A DNA stretch of 64,000 bases from Oculina patagonica. Its lineage: Eukaryota. The DNA is taken from assembly GCF_052425735.1 (NCBI RefSeq), contig NC_135761.1, positions 19,406,001-19,470,000 on the forward strand, given 5' to 3'. This document shows positions 13,152-25,349 of the stretch, piece after piece. A program made the position numbers and the translations under genes. The notes below the pieces were generated by a model. That model did no database searches and was not told the DNA's origin. It saw only the letters and a list, made by a program, of their open reading frames with translations. The first letter of the stretch is position 1. Each line of letters begins with the position of its first letter.

Positions 13152-14109
13152 TACAGTGTATTTACTTAAGACAGGACTACACTAGCCTAAATTTTAGCCA
13201 TCATTCAGGGATTTCAAAATGTTTTGAAGTAAGCGTCAGCAACTGGAAGAGTAGGCGGCTGTAACAAGCCAAGCTTGTTTCTCACAAACTGATTGCTATG
13301 ATCAAAGCAACCGGTGACATAAAATCAAGTAGCCGGTGGAACTCCGGTGGGTGCCGGCTTGTTTTGAAAACCCTGATCATCTCTCTGGTCACTTACATGT
13401 ACTTCCAAATTATAGAGGAAGCAACCAGAGGAGAAATTCAGGCTAGGAATCTTGATTAATATATTTTCCGTTCCTTACCCTGTATGAATTTTTTTATGGT
13501 AGAAATTGTTACTGAGTTCTTTCTACACATACATGTATGTATTCAAAAACGTTTTTTTTCACACCTGAAAGTTAAACAATCTGTCGACACAGCTGCATAT
13601 TGATCATGTTTTACCATCTTGAACAAACAAAAACAACGAAAACAAAGAGAATAAATAGAAACATCAACTGCTGTAGGTCAGAAGTTCAATCTTGATAAAA
13701 AACCAAATTCTTTCAAACTAATTTTAAAACAAATATATGGAAATCAGTACAGAGACTTTAATATTTCACCCTGATCCTCTGCCAGTTTTGAAGCCATAAA
13801 AATGATGAAGAGTGTATGATGAACTGAAATCTTATTGCATTGCTGTAATTTGTGTTACTGAAAGTCTGTTTAATTATTTTTAACAGTTTCACAGTGATCT
13901 CTTCCATTTAGACACGCTCTGCATAAAATATAATACCGAAACTCTCATATGTAAACAAAAACAAAGGCGTAGCTGACTAGGGTACTTTAAGGTTACTGCA
14001 GACCTGTGCAGGTGTCCTTAGCCTAAAATTTTTAAGCCTGCTTTTTAAACTCAGGCACAACAAACTTCATATGAATACAAAGCTAATAAAATGTAAAATC
14101 TGATAAAAA

Positions 14110-14365
14110 GGCAGCGTGGCTTAGTGGTTAGGGTGCCGGACTTGTAATCCAGGGGCCCCAGGTTCAAATCCACCACCCTGCCACTAGTTGGATTTGTCTT
14201 CATTGATCCCGAATTCAACTCCTCCACGCTTTGTAAATAGCTAACTGGTTATCCTCCTGCCGATTGGGGTTTTTAAGAAATTTATGTTCAAATTTGAAAT
14301 ATTTGTTTATTTAAACTGTCCACAATTAGCACAGTGCTAAACACATTGACACTTAAATAAAGTGA
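14110..14365 (+). mobile_element. tRNA-derived SINE with LINE-like 3' tail
   Basis: GTGGCTTAGTGG (A box), GGTTCAAATCC (B box); tail GCTAAACACATTGACACTTAAATAAAG shared with fragments at ~21580-21640 (+) and ~33680-33740 (-). Confidence 0.75.
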
Positions 14366-14701
14366 TTTTTTTCAATTTTATCTTACTGTGGAAAGAGGAC
14401 AGTCTGGAAACCCAAAATGACTTGTGTTGCATCTTTATCAGTTATCGAATCCAGCCAAACAAACAAAATTTCATGTACTGCAAAACACCAATCACAAGGG
14501 GTGACTCCTGAAAGCTGTGTGAGGCTTTATCCATTATTCAAATTGGTTGCTTTGTTATTTCTCTGTCAAATTTCGGTATTAAAAATTTACCGATACGCTA
14601 ACAGAAATTCAAAGACCAAATCATCCCTTGAAGGTCTACAGTAACCTTAACTACAATCAGCAGACAACTGAACAAGCATGACTGAAAAGTAATCAGATAT
14701 A

Positions 14702-14730
14702 CACATGTACATGTACATGTACATGTACAT
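14702..14730. repeat. (ACATGT)n palindromic microsatellite
   Basis: ACATGTACATGTACATGTACATGTACAT. Confidence 0.85.
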
Positions 14731-14826
14731 ACTGTCATGTCCAACCCTATTAAAAACATTGGCGTGGTTCACGGCACTGAAATGAAAACCGCTCTATTAC
14801 TAATTAGCTAAAATAATGGCCATTTC

Positions 14827-15387
14827 CTACTTCTTGGCAACTTGCTGCAGCTTCATCTCAAGTTCAGCAATTTTCATGTCCTTTTCTAAGAGCAAAGCTT
14901 GCTGTTTTTCTACCTTCTGCTGCAATGAGCCTCTCTCTTCCTGTAATTCAGCCACCAACTTGCCATAATACTTTTTACACATATCCAACATTGTCTTATA
15001 ACTATCGGCATCCATGTCTTCGCTTGGTTCTCCTGATTTGTCATTCTGCTGTTCACAAATAAGTTCTTTCAAATTAAACCTCCTTTGCTCTTCGTTAAGT
15101 CGAATTTCTTCTAGATCGAATACCACCGTTTGTGTCATTGTTTCAATAGCTCCTTTCAGTACCTCGTTTTCCTCTCTCAGCTTGTCAAGTTTCGATTCAG
15201 ATTCCTCACTGTTGCTAGAATTGACGCTAACTTTGTCCTCGTTAGAATCTGTTGTCAATCGATCGTTCTTTTTGACCTTGGCCTCAAGTTCGCCAGCGAG
15301 TTCCAAAGCTTTGTCACGCTCGTCCTCTAAAGCCCTGATTTGTTCCAGTAAAGTCATTATAAGAGACTCGTTGCTTGAATTCGCCAT
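14827..15387 (-). CDS. Intronless coiled-coil protein (186 aa from MANSSNES)
   Basis: Heptad-rich E/K/L sequence; first ATG at 15387 after the TTG-started track ORF; head-to-head with dysbindin. Confidence 0.7.
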   Translation of the reverse strand: MANSSNESLIMTLLEQIRALEDERDKALELAGELEAKVKKNDRLTTDSNEDKVSVNSSNSEESESKLDKLREENEVLKGAIETMTQTVVFDLEEIRLNEEQRRFNLKELICEQQNDKSGEPSEDMDADSYKTMLDMCKKYYGKLVAELQEERGSLQQKVEKQQALLLEKDMKIAELEMKLQQVAKK

Positions 15388-15669
15388 TTCTTGTGCTCGT
15401 CTGCTCGTCAAGCCACACAAACAGGAAGGCAACGCCTCGAAATTGAACCAATTTAAATTACACAACTCTTGAACTTTATCTCTCTGGAAAAACAACACAT
15501 TGACTCGATCACGTTTCAAGAATAACTTCTCAAGTTTTGTAGTTTCCGATCATTTTTTCTCGGTATATCTCCTAAATGCCCCAAAAGTTAAAAATAGTTC
15601 ACGTTAGTTTTAGTTTCCACAAAACTTTCAAGCAACGAAACCGAAAACACGAGAAAATTCACAAGAAGC

Positions 15670-15720
15670 GCCCTGCGGCGGCCATATTGAAAATAAAACT
15701 CGAAATGCATTATGGGTTAT
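15670..15720. promoter_or_regulatory. Bidirectional promoter with ZNF143/Staf and YY1-like motifs
   Basis: TGCATTATGGG (reverse complement CCCATAATGCA, Staf consensus) at 15706-15716 and GCGGCCATATTG at 15678-15689, between divergent ATGs at 15387 and 15857. Confidence 0.6.
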
Positions 15721-15856
15721 CTTTGGTCAGCGGTGTTTCGCAGGAGTACACAACAACGAAGCAAAAGAGCGTGAAGATGGAAAATATCATTTTAATTTAT
15801 GATGCAAAATAATACGGCAAAAGTGGAGAGGATCTAAGCTTATTGCACCAGGAAGA

Positions 15857-18800
15857 ATGTTTGATAATTTTAGAGATCGTTTGCAGACGGTACAGCATGA
15901 TTTAAGCCAAGGGTAAGGGTTCATGAAGATTTCTAAAAAGCCTTCGTCGAATGACTTTATACGTTCAGACTTTGTAATTAAGCTTAAGTTAGTACACTGT
16001 ACAGTATTTTTCCAAGTAGTGATCGTTATCCCGTTTTCTTTCCTTTCAGCTGGAAATCAATCGCTGATAAGGCCAAGGCTGTTAACAAGAAAATAGTTCG
16101 GTTAGTATATATTGATTTGGTGAATACGAACGAATGGTCGTTGATCGATTTATAGGGAGGTTGGCAAGCTGAATTGGTGTTTAACTTAAATATGTTAACA
16201 ACCCTTACCAAAGTCATTTTCTTTGATTGTAACAGGAAGACCACATTTATCACAGATGAAATCATCGAAAGGTTAGTACATCGATGCAAATTTTGTCAAA
16301 ACGGCAAGCGCCCCTTAGAAAAACAACACACAACTCCCTTTATATGCCCAGTCCCCCAGGATGCACAACAAGGTCTCAAAAGCCAAAACATTTAAAGGGG
16401 CTTAACTGGAATTTTTCAGAGGGGTGGGAGGATTCAAACCGAAAAACCTTCCTTGGGAGGGGTATGGATACTCCTGGAACAACACATGAAAAATCTCCTC
16501 AGGTGTAACTTCTTCAAGTACCGGTACTTTAAGACCCAGAACAATTAATCAACACAGTTTCACAGATTAACCATTTTCTTTAATATGGTTATAATTTTTG
16601 AAATTCATTCCATCAAAGTCAAAATCAATCACAAAAGTGTACAAAGCATTAATAGTCTTTAATGGGCCTTTTTTAGACAAAATTTCCATCTTTTGCTAAT
16701 TTGCTAGGATTTTTATTAATTACTCCATTTTTATAAGGCCTTTAAGTGTTTACAGTAAATGATTAACATTTGGCAATTGTCTTAATAGTGGTGACCAGTG
16801 CTTTAGTTGTGATCTTGAGGCCGGCTCAGAAATTCTAAGCAAGTAAGTGTCGTACACCTGTACATCATTATCAAGGTAAAATTTGCCATAAATAATAATT
16901 ATAATATAAATACAATATTGTTACAGACAAAAATAAAATATATAAATAATTATACTTAAGATATTAAAACTTATATTTATGTAAAAGAACAGAAGATAAT
17001 TTTAGCTTTTATACAGATTGCTTGATTATATTGTCACAGAATTTACATTTTACTGATTGAATGTGAATAAATTTCACTAAATGAAACACAAACCAGCCAA
17101 AAGAAAAGATAGAACAATGTTTCTCAAGTAAAAAGAAGTCCATATTCCAGCAATTCATTATTCTTAACTCCAACAAAATTATTGTAATACTATTATAATG
17201 CAGATATCAAAAAGAGTGGGCAGAGCTTCATGAAGCATCCAGAGAATGTGCAGGAAAAGCCCAGGTTTGTAAGAGTGTATTTCACACAAAAAAAAATGAT
17301 GCTTTGACTACCAGGTTTCTTCAGACTACTAGGTTTCTTGCATCGAGAGATACAAAGTCATTAAAAAAATAAATACACGATTTACTGAACTCGGCCTAAT
17401 TTTTTACTTCCGGTAATTATAAGCTGGCAATAATATTTACATTCCAACTAGGGACAGGAGGGAGACAGGATGGTGGGAGCTTAGGAGAAATGGGGCAGGA
17501 GATGAAAGAAAAGAGGGGGAGGATTCCCAAGGTGATGGGATTCAGGAGAAAGTAGAAAAACTTTGCAACAAGAAATTTTGTTATATTTTGCAAAAGAAAT
17601 GGGACAAAGAGGAGGAAAACACTACGGAAAGGGGTGAGAAGCAGGAGAAAAAGATACGGGATGCAGAAGTAAGAGGTAGAGAAGCCCGAGGTTAGGACCC
17701 CCTGTCCCCTCCCACATTATCAGGGATTATACATATAATGCAACTGTAAAAAGTGTCCTTCACTGCACCTTCAACCAAATATACAGTGTGTTAGTATAGT
17801 ATCAATTATGGTTATTTAAATAATATACTGAAGCATGTTTTTACATGTTTTTGTTGTTGTTGTTGTTGTTCTAGAGGGCGGACCAGATTATTTCTGAGTT
17901 TTCCAAGAAATGTTCTGAACTCCATACCACCATGAGCCTGTTTCACAGTGAACTGGCTCTATTACCAGAAGTCATAAAGAACATTGAAACAGCCAAGGCA
18001 GATATAGGTACTTTGCAAAGAAAAGACATGATAGTAAATAAAATAGTTGTAAAATAATTTTTCTTATACATGAGACAGATCAACTGGCCTTTGGTTGAAA
18101 AAGTAATAATTAAAAACTCAGCATTCAACATCCCATTGTACAAGCATTTACAAAGACTGCAAACAAATAAAAATAATTAATTGTCTTAAATATACTATGT
18201 GTGATGCCTGCTTGATTAGTGATTTCAAGTGACTCTGCTAAAAATAAGGTCTAGATTTTATCCTTTCAGTAGTTTGTGAACTGTTTGTTTTTATTTCTTT
18301 AATTAGATGCCTTTGGAGGTCAAATAGAAGTTTTAGACAACTTGTTTTTGGACTTAGAAGAAGTTTGTGAACAACTGGATTTGGAAAGAAGGAAAGCTGC
18401 TCAAGGCCTTAAGCTTAACATGCTTAGACATAATAGAGAGTAAGTAGATTAAAGGGTGTCACAAATTTATGTTACAATGTTTTCAATTTGAAATGATTAA
18501 CTACTGCAGTATCAGTAACGAGAAAACAGTCAGACCCACAGTATCACAGTACAAGACTAACCTTACAGGGCTCAAGACTAACAGTAACCAACTAGCCAAA
18601 GAATATAAAGTAAAACGTTTGTTTTGACTACCAGGTTTAACATTCCCACTAGCCAAAAAATTCAAAACAGTCAATAGTTGTTGTTAAAAACAACACAATG
18701 TATAATTCTGACAAGTGAAAACTTTCTTTTGGCAAGTTAAATTTGACATGTCACTGGCCAATCCTCCTGGAAGCTGTGCATCTTTTCATGCATTTTCTAT

Positions 18801-21800
18801 CATTTTGTTTAGGAGAATCTTTGCATATATGGGATAATCAGTTATAATAAATTAATTGATGCATCTTAATTTGATTTTTCAGGGATGACTTAGAAGTCCT
18901 TAAAGGTATGAAAATACAATTTATTTATTAAGTATTGTACGTTTGGGGGGAGGGTGCAGGGGGTGACCCTCCCCCCTGAGATGACCTGCAGCTTTTAAAA
19001 TACAATTGGCGTTCTGCAAATTAAAGAAGTCAGTTACGCCATTCCTTAGTGGGATATGCCCTTTGCTAGTAACTATTAAGTACATGCTTCATTCAGCACC
19101 TGCATTATTCAACTCCAAACAGTTAATCTAACTCTAAAACTCCATTTATGTAATAAAAATACAGTTCAATTAACCCTTATTAAGTGGCCACCCATTGAGC
19201 GGCCACCCCCTATTAAGTGGCCAGTTATCAAAGTCCCGAACATACAGACCGCATAACACTGTAAATAAAACCCTTATTAAGTGGCCACCCCTTTTTCCGA
19301 CCTCAAGAGCCCTCATGGGCCCGATTCATGAGAATACAAGTAAGTAGTAAGTGGCCACCTCAGTCTATTAAGCGGCTGCAGCCACCTTCTAGCTGCCCCA
19401 ACGAGGATTCATCTATAACAATATTAATTGTTCTTACCTCTATTTAGCGGCCACCAAGAATTTAGTACACACGGTTTGGCCTAATGACAAGACAGTTCGA
19501 AATTTGAACTGAGGACAGATTTAAAACATTAAAACATACGCTTATATTTATTTTGATGTTATTCTGTTCAAGTTCATAAAATTGTGTGATTATAATTTCT
19601 AACTTCAGAGGAGCTTCAATTAACAAAAGAAAGGAATGAAGTTAAACTACAGCAGCTGGAGAGACAGGCTTCCATAGAGAAACAACAAGTGTATGAAGAT
19701 GCATTTCTTGAACAAATGAACTACTACATACAGCATGGCAAAACAGAAGGTAATATTTAATAAAATTAAACTTCTATCAGCAGTTTATTACATAAAATGT
19801 CATGGGTTTTGAACCTGCTTCAAAGCAAATTAATAAGCCATGGTCACTTATTATAAGTACTAGACGGTAGTGTTTCATCCACTTAAATATTAGAACCACA
19901 TTGTCATAGACAATTACAGTGGCAAACAAAACATGCAGTACAACATGAAAGCCTATACAGATCTAGGGTTAGCTAAAAATAACTGCAACTGCCCGAGTCT
20001 TACAAATGTGCGAGGCAGCGAGGCATGTGTGGCATGCGAGGCAAGGTAGTGAGGCGTGTGAGGCAGAAATCCCTATACTCCAAATAAAAAGGCTAACCGC
20101 AAGCTACCTAAGCTAACAGTAGACTAACTGGAGTGTTATTTTAATTAAGGTTAAGCAGAGTGCCATTTAGGCTAACCAAAGTGCTATTTAGGCTTAATAA
20201 AGCGGAATGGATCGTGCATGCCTCGCTGTCTCACATTTTGTGACAACCCCACCTGTCCAGTGTGTCTGTAATAACTACATGTACACGTACTAAATATACA
20301 AGCCCTGCATGTAATATTGAAATATGTCACACTTCAGAACCAATCAGCATGCTGCATGGACGCAGCAGTGGATCATTGGACGATATCATGCTACAGGATG
20401 ACACAGACCTGAATAAGGAATTGGATGATTTTTTTGGCTCTGAAGCTGAGGTTAGTCAACAGCTGTTATCTATATAATGGACAGCTTGCAGGGCTCAAAA
20501 TAATTTTTGGATACTGACCGGTCATGTTGACCGGCCAAATCTATTTTTGCTCGGTCATGTCTCGTTTTTGACCGGTCAAAATATTGAGTATTTTCTTTGA
20601 AGCAATAGCCTATTCTGCCAAAAATTTCGCCTCTGAGCTAAAACACTTGTTGTTAAAGAGTATCAATAAGGCTTAAATGTTTTGATCGCTAAACGTGTCA
20701 TTTTATTATGTTCGCTTTTTGAATTTCCATTTCTTCTGCGTTCTACTCTACATAAAACAAAATGCTCAGTAGCCGTAATGTTATGTTACTCTGCAAGTTT
20801 TACATTATTTAACGACTTACGAGTGGAGGCGATCTCGGTTGTAAGCACTTTACTGGTCTTTACTACCGAACACTAAAATAATAGTATTAATAGCAGACGT
20901 CGATTGATGCCATGTTCATTGTTGTCTGTTTAGCGTATTTACAGACGTGGATGTTTCCTGTTTTTATTTAAGCAAACCACTAACAAATCCGCGTGACCGT
21001 CTTATCTGTATTCTACAAATTTGTGACTGCAAGAGCTTGCTGCTATGATATGAAATGATTTTACTGTAAAATTTCAAGAAAAACTGCAAATACATTTTTT
21101 TTGTGTTATTTATTTGAAAGCCGTGTAGGTGACCGGTCAAAATGACCGCCCAACCAAAATTTTGTCCGGACAAATCGTCATTTTGGCCGGACATTGTCCT
21201 TTGACCGGCCGTTATTTTGAGCCCTGGCTTGTGTACAACCGTCCCGCTCCACTCAAAAAAGTCGCGGAGGGAACGTCCCATCTGTAATTTTTCTTAGTGG
21301 ATTTTGATGGCTGTACACAGGCTATATGATGGAATAAAACAATAAAAAAAAAAAAAAACGAACAAACAAACATGCACCTACAGGTAATAAGCTCAGATTT
21401 GAACAGAATTGATTTCCATTGCTTATCTCAAATCTATCAAGTTCCAGCCTGCTGACCTTCTCCAGAAGACTTCGCTCGGAAAAACATTGCCGTCAATAGG
21501 TGACAGATGAATGCGGAAGTAGAGAGCATGTACCAAAGGACAGTTGGGGGGGGGGGGGGTAGGGGGAGGAGGACATACCATGTTTAGCCTTGGAGCTAAA
21601 CACTATGACACTTAATTAAATAAAGTTCATTCATTCATATACGAGTGTTCATGCTACTCGCATCTTGCAGCCTTGCCACCTGCATATCAGGCTTGTTGCT
21701 ATTTTTGTATTCATCCCCACAGATTTTGAGAGCAAAAGAGAGACTGCTTGCAGTCTTCATAATAGATATAACTTTACTCCCACGGGGGGTACTCAGGATT

Positions 21801-22880
21801 CCAAGTGACCAGGACAGATGATAGAATGGGGGGAAAAATAAAAAAAAAAAATAAAAATACCCAGGGCTTTGAACAACCCCCCCCCCCCCCCCCCAAAAAA
21901 AAAAAAAAAAAAAAAAATTCCTGGACCAAAAATCAAATCATTGGGGCAACCTCACATTAAATGTAAGGGTAGAGTTATGTAGCAATTATCATTGTTGCAA
22001 CTCTGCTACAGAAACTGGAGTTATAGGTAAGTGCTGGCCTGTTCAGCCACAAACATCTGAAAAGGTTTGCTTCTTACCCTTTAGTTCTGCTATAAGTAAG
22101 TATTTATTTTAATTTATTTCAGCCCAGTGAGGCACTTCCAGCAGTGGACAAAGAACAAAGTAATGTTGGCCTGTCTTCTGAGGATGAAGAAGTATTGAAC
22201 CAGAAGTTACCCAGTCAAGCCGCATCAATGGCACGAGATGTAACAGAGACAAAAGCAACAGATACAGTTAAGGTCATTGCCCCGAAATAAAACTGAACAT
22301 AGATTTTTAACCAAACTTTGCCTACTGGTTTATTACTTCAAGGGAACTTAAATTTTGAAATAAAAAAGGGGGGTCACCAGATTCGTTTAGGAGCAGGACG
22401 ACCATGTATATTCCATATAATTCCTTTATAATTCCTCTGCGAGTACTGGCAAAGTACACTTTTTTAGCGATAATTTATTTTTCAAACACATGAATTGATC
22501 TGTTTTCATTTTACAGAAAGAATTTGATCGCTACACCCAAAATATGAGAAAAAATTGATAGGTCACCAGGCTCGTTTAGGAGAAAGTGACAATTTACTTC
22601 TCTCGCGGACTAAGCTGCATAGAAAAAAGCCGCCATTTTGTTGATGTGCTCGCGCGCGCGCGCTAATTACGCGTAAAATTCTGCGCAGTAAGGATGCGCA
22701 ATGCAAAACAGGGCAATGACCTTAAGGTGCGTTTTCTGTGGCAATGATGGATTCATTTTAATCTGTAGTGTGAATGTTTGCAGATTTTCAATCTTTTAAT
22801 ATTGGAGCTGTTCTGCCTTTATGTAACCATCTGACAAAGTGTTTCACTTTCAGGAAAATGAGGACAGTGAACAGTCTTAA
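15857..22880 (+). CDS. DTNBP1: Dysbindin (BLOC-1 subunit). Exons 15857-15912, 16050-16100, 16236-16271, 17204-17264, 17875-18007, 18307-18439, 18883-18905, 19609-19749, 20338-20450, 22123-22272, 22854-22880 (last exon less certain; unspliced alternative stops at 22290)
   Basis: Phase-consistent GT-AG exon chain giving MFDNFRDRLQTVQHDLSQG..RYQKEWAELHEASRECAGKAQ..LDNLFLDLEEVCEQLDLER..KQQVYEDAFLEQMNYYIQHG..ELDDFF, matching dysbindin motifs. Confidence 0.88.
19160..19460. mobile_element. Fragment of TA-CAGT Tc1/mariner-like MITE with TATTAAGTGGCCACC repeats
   Basis: About six copies of TTAAG(T/C)GGCCA after TACAGT. Confidence 0.55.
20489..21226. mobile_element. Non-autonomous DNA transposon (CAGGGCTCAAAATAA TIRs) inserted in the end of an older MITE
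   Basis: 15-bp perfect TIRs, GCTTG on both flanks, subterminal TGACCGG repeats. Confidence 0.8.
22272..22721. mobile_element. Kolobok-like non-autonomous element with TTAA target duplication
   Basis: TTAA|GGTCATTGCCC...GGGCAATGACC|TTAA; related relics at ~35513 and ~49199. Confidence 0.8.
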
Positions 22881-24622
22881 AACTGACCAGTGCACAGAAC
22901 CTTGTGATGGTCCATTATGGAACTCAGTGATAAATATAGCAGGGGACATTTATGGCAAAATGGGGAAAAAGAAAGAGCTTTGAGGAGGACATGGCATTTG
23001 CAATATCAGTATTGATGCCAGAATCCCTGTGATTGAACTGGTTGAATAATAGAAAATAATGTGTACAATGTATGACTGACAGGAACTATTCCTTTCTATC
23101 AAGTACATGTACATATTATTGTAGTATTTAAATATAATAAAAATGGATCTGCTCTCACTAATTATTATTGTGAAGAGGTTTTATATTCTTGTGCAACTCC
23201 AAGCCTGTTATCAGATGATGATAAGTACATAAATAATCAATGAAGAGACTAAATGTGTTAAAGGATTGTAATTTATTTAAGAATAATAAGTTAATAAAAA
23301 CAACATTCCAATGAATTCAAAGTAACATTTTCAATGTTATGCTGCTGGGTCATGAGTTATTCATTGTAAATTAATTTTCTCTGACAGAGTATCATAAACT
23401 TGCAATGAATTTTTTTTATTTGTGACTTACTTGGAGGTCATAGTTATTAACTGGTGCATAACATCCTAGGTATGTGTAATGTGTACAAAGGGTTGTCATA
23501 CGAAGCTATACAGGCCAATACCCTATGCACACATTGTGTGACTGTATTGAGCATTACATTGTACATAATCTCATACATTAACAAAAATTGTTAGTGTTTA
23601 CACAAACAAGCCAAAGGTCAAGAAATGATTAAAAGAATCACAAGGAAAACACTAAACAAGTAAGTTCAGAGTCAAAATACTAGCAAAGAATAATATTACC
23701 CTTAGACTACAGCTCCAACTTAGTTAGAAATTGGACACTATCTTGGGCCTGAGATCTTTATTTATGTCAAGTGTGTAGAAGAAACAGCAACATTACACCA
23801 TTTGTGACCAATAGCAGTCTCAAGCTGGCATAATCTTGTAGAAAACACTACCACACACGCTGAGGTGAGGGTCCTAAAAGGGGAGGAGGGGGGTATAAAT
23901 CCCATTTCCCAGCCCAAATCCCATTTCCTAGCCTATTGTTTTTCAAATTTTCCAAAATCCCAGTTCCATTGTTTTTTGTTTACAATTCCCAGTCCCAGTG
24001 ACCCAAATCCCATTTTCCTAGTAAAAATTTGCCCAAATCCCAGTTCTCATTTTTACCCTTGAGGCCCCTTCTGATGTGTGTGGTGCTGGATAGATCATTA
24101 GGATGCAGAAAAGTATTAAACCCATTTATCCCACAAATATTTTTGTACTATTCCCACCAACCCCACAGGGACTGCAGAGTGGGAGAGGCTGCCGGGTAGG
24201 GCACAGCCCTAACACGTTTTCGCTTGGGTTGATTTTTTAGGGCTCCAAATGTGTGATAATTGATGAAACAGTGACCCCTAATGCTTGTTTGTCTTGGCTC
24301 TACCACTTTAAAATGGTCTCTGCTGTCCCTGCCCCACACCTCTGTGGGCCTGTGTACAGTCAAAAGTGCCCAGAAAATGTCCCTGGTTTATAATTTTTTG
24401 GGAAACCATTCTGACAAATCAACTTTACTATAAATTATTGACCATTATTTCACATATAAAATATTTTTTGAAAGACAGAGTTACCTCTTAAGTAAACAAA
24501 TCCTCTCATAAATAATCTATTTAAATTTTATACTGTAGCAAATTAAAGTTCTTGACAAAAAACCTTAGAAATGTTACAGATAAATATACAAATACAATAG
24601 CTCTATATATAGTGACAAATGC

Positions 24623-25246
24623 TTATATTTCTCCTTCGCTAACTATCTTCCACCTTCCTCTGAAGTCTTTTGTGAGCCATTTTTCATTGTGCTTCAGGCT
24701 TTGAGCCTCCTCAGAAAAGAAGTCTGACTCGCATAATGCCTGCGAGAATAATTTCAATGCATCAATAAGATGACAAGAAGCAATAACATCTTTGTATTGT
24801 CTTTTTGGCTTGTTTTGCTGCAGATTAGAAAACTTCCTCTCTATAACACCTGTAAAGTGGACATCGCTTTCAACTTTTTTGTTCGTCAGCAAATCCGCAG
24901 GACATATATCGTAGCACCGTAGTCGCCATATTGGACATTTGTTATCAGGCAAAACAGCAAATCTCCCAGTATCTTCAAACTCCGGGAAACGCGCCATTTG
25001 CTGCCATAGGTCCTTGTTGTCGGAGTACGTTTTCACGATAAATTCTCCTGGTTGCAGAGGCACTTCAGGGACATTGGCCGACAATACTGCAAAAATCCCG
25101 GAGTTAACATCTTGGCGATCTACAAGTTCAATGCCTACTCGAAGCTGCCATAAATATCGAAACTCGTACACGTCAACTCTTTTCTCTTCCTCGTCAACTG
25201 TCAAGCTATATGTTCCTAAAAGCTGTCGATCTTCTTGGCTGATCAT
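24623..25246 (-). CDS. Intronless protein with an N-terminal domain resembling a bacterial/phage DUF4313-like family
   Basis: ATG at 25246 (MISQED); motif FAVLSANVPEVPLQPGEFIVKTYSDN...FEDTGR...CPIWRL; Staf plus ETS promoter motifs ~90 bp upstream. Confidence 0.65.
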   Translation of the reverse strand: MISQEDRQLLGTYSLTVDEEEKRVDVYEFRYLWQLRVGIELVDRQDVNSGIFAVLSANVPEVPLQPGEFIVKTYSDNKDLWQQMARFPEFEDTGRFAVLPDNKCPIWRLRCYDICPADLLTNKKVESDVHFTGVIERKFSNLQQNKPKRQYKDVIASCHLIDALKLFSQALCESDFFSEEAQSLKHNEKWLTKDFRGRWKIVSEGEI

Positions 25247-25328
25247 TGCTCCTTCATTGCGCAAGAAGTGAAACAGCTTTTTTTAAACCGTTTCAAATTT
25301 GGCGGATGGGGATTTTCAGAAATGGTAC

Positions 25329-25349
25329 ACTTCCGGTGCATTATGGGAA
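25329..25349 (-). promoter_or_regulatory. ZNF143/Staf site fused to an ETS site
   Basis: Minus strand reads TTCCCATAATGCACCGGAAGT. Confidence 0.6.

Noticed and set aside
15014-15472. 152-aa Ser/Leu-rich ORF
   Set aside because: Antisense shadow of the coiled-coil gene
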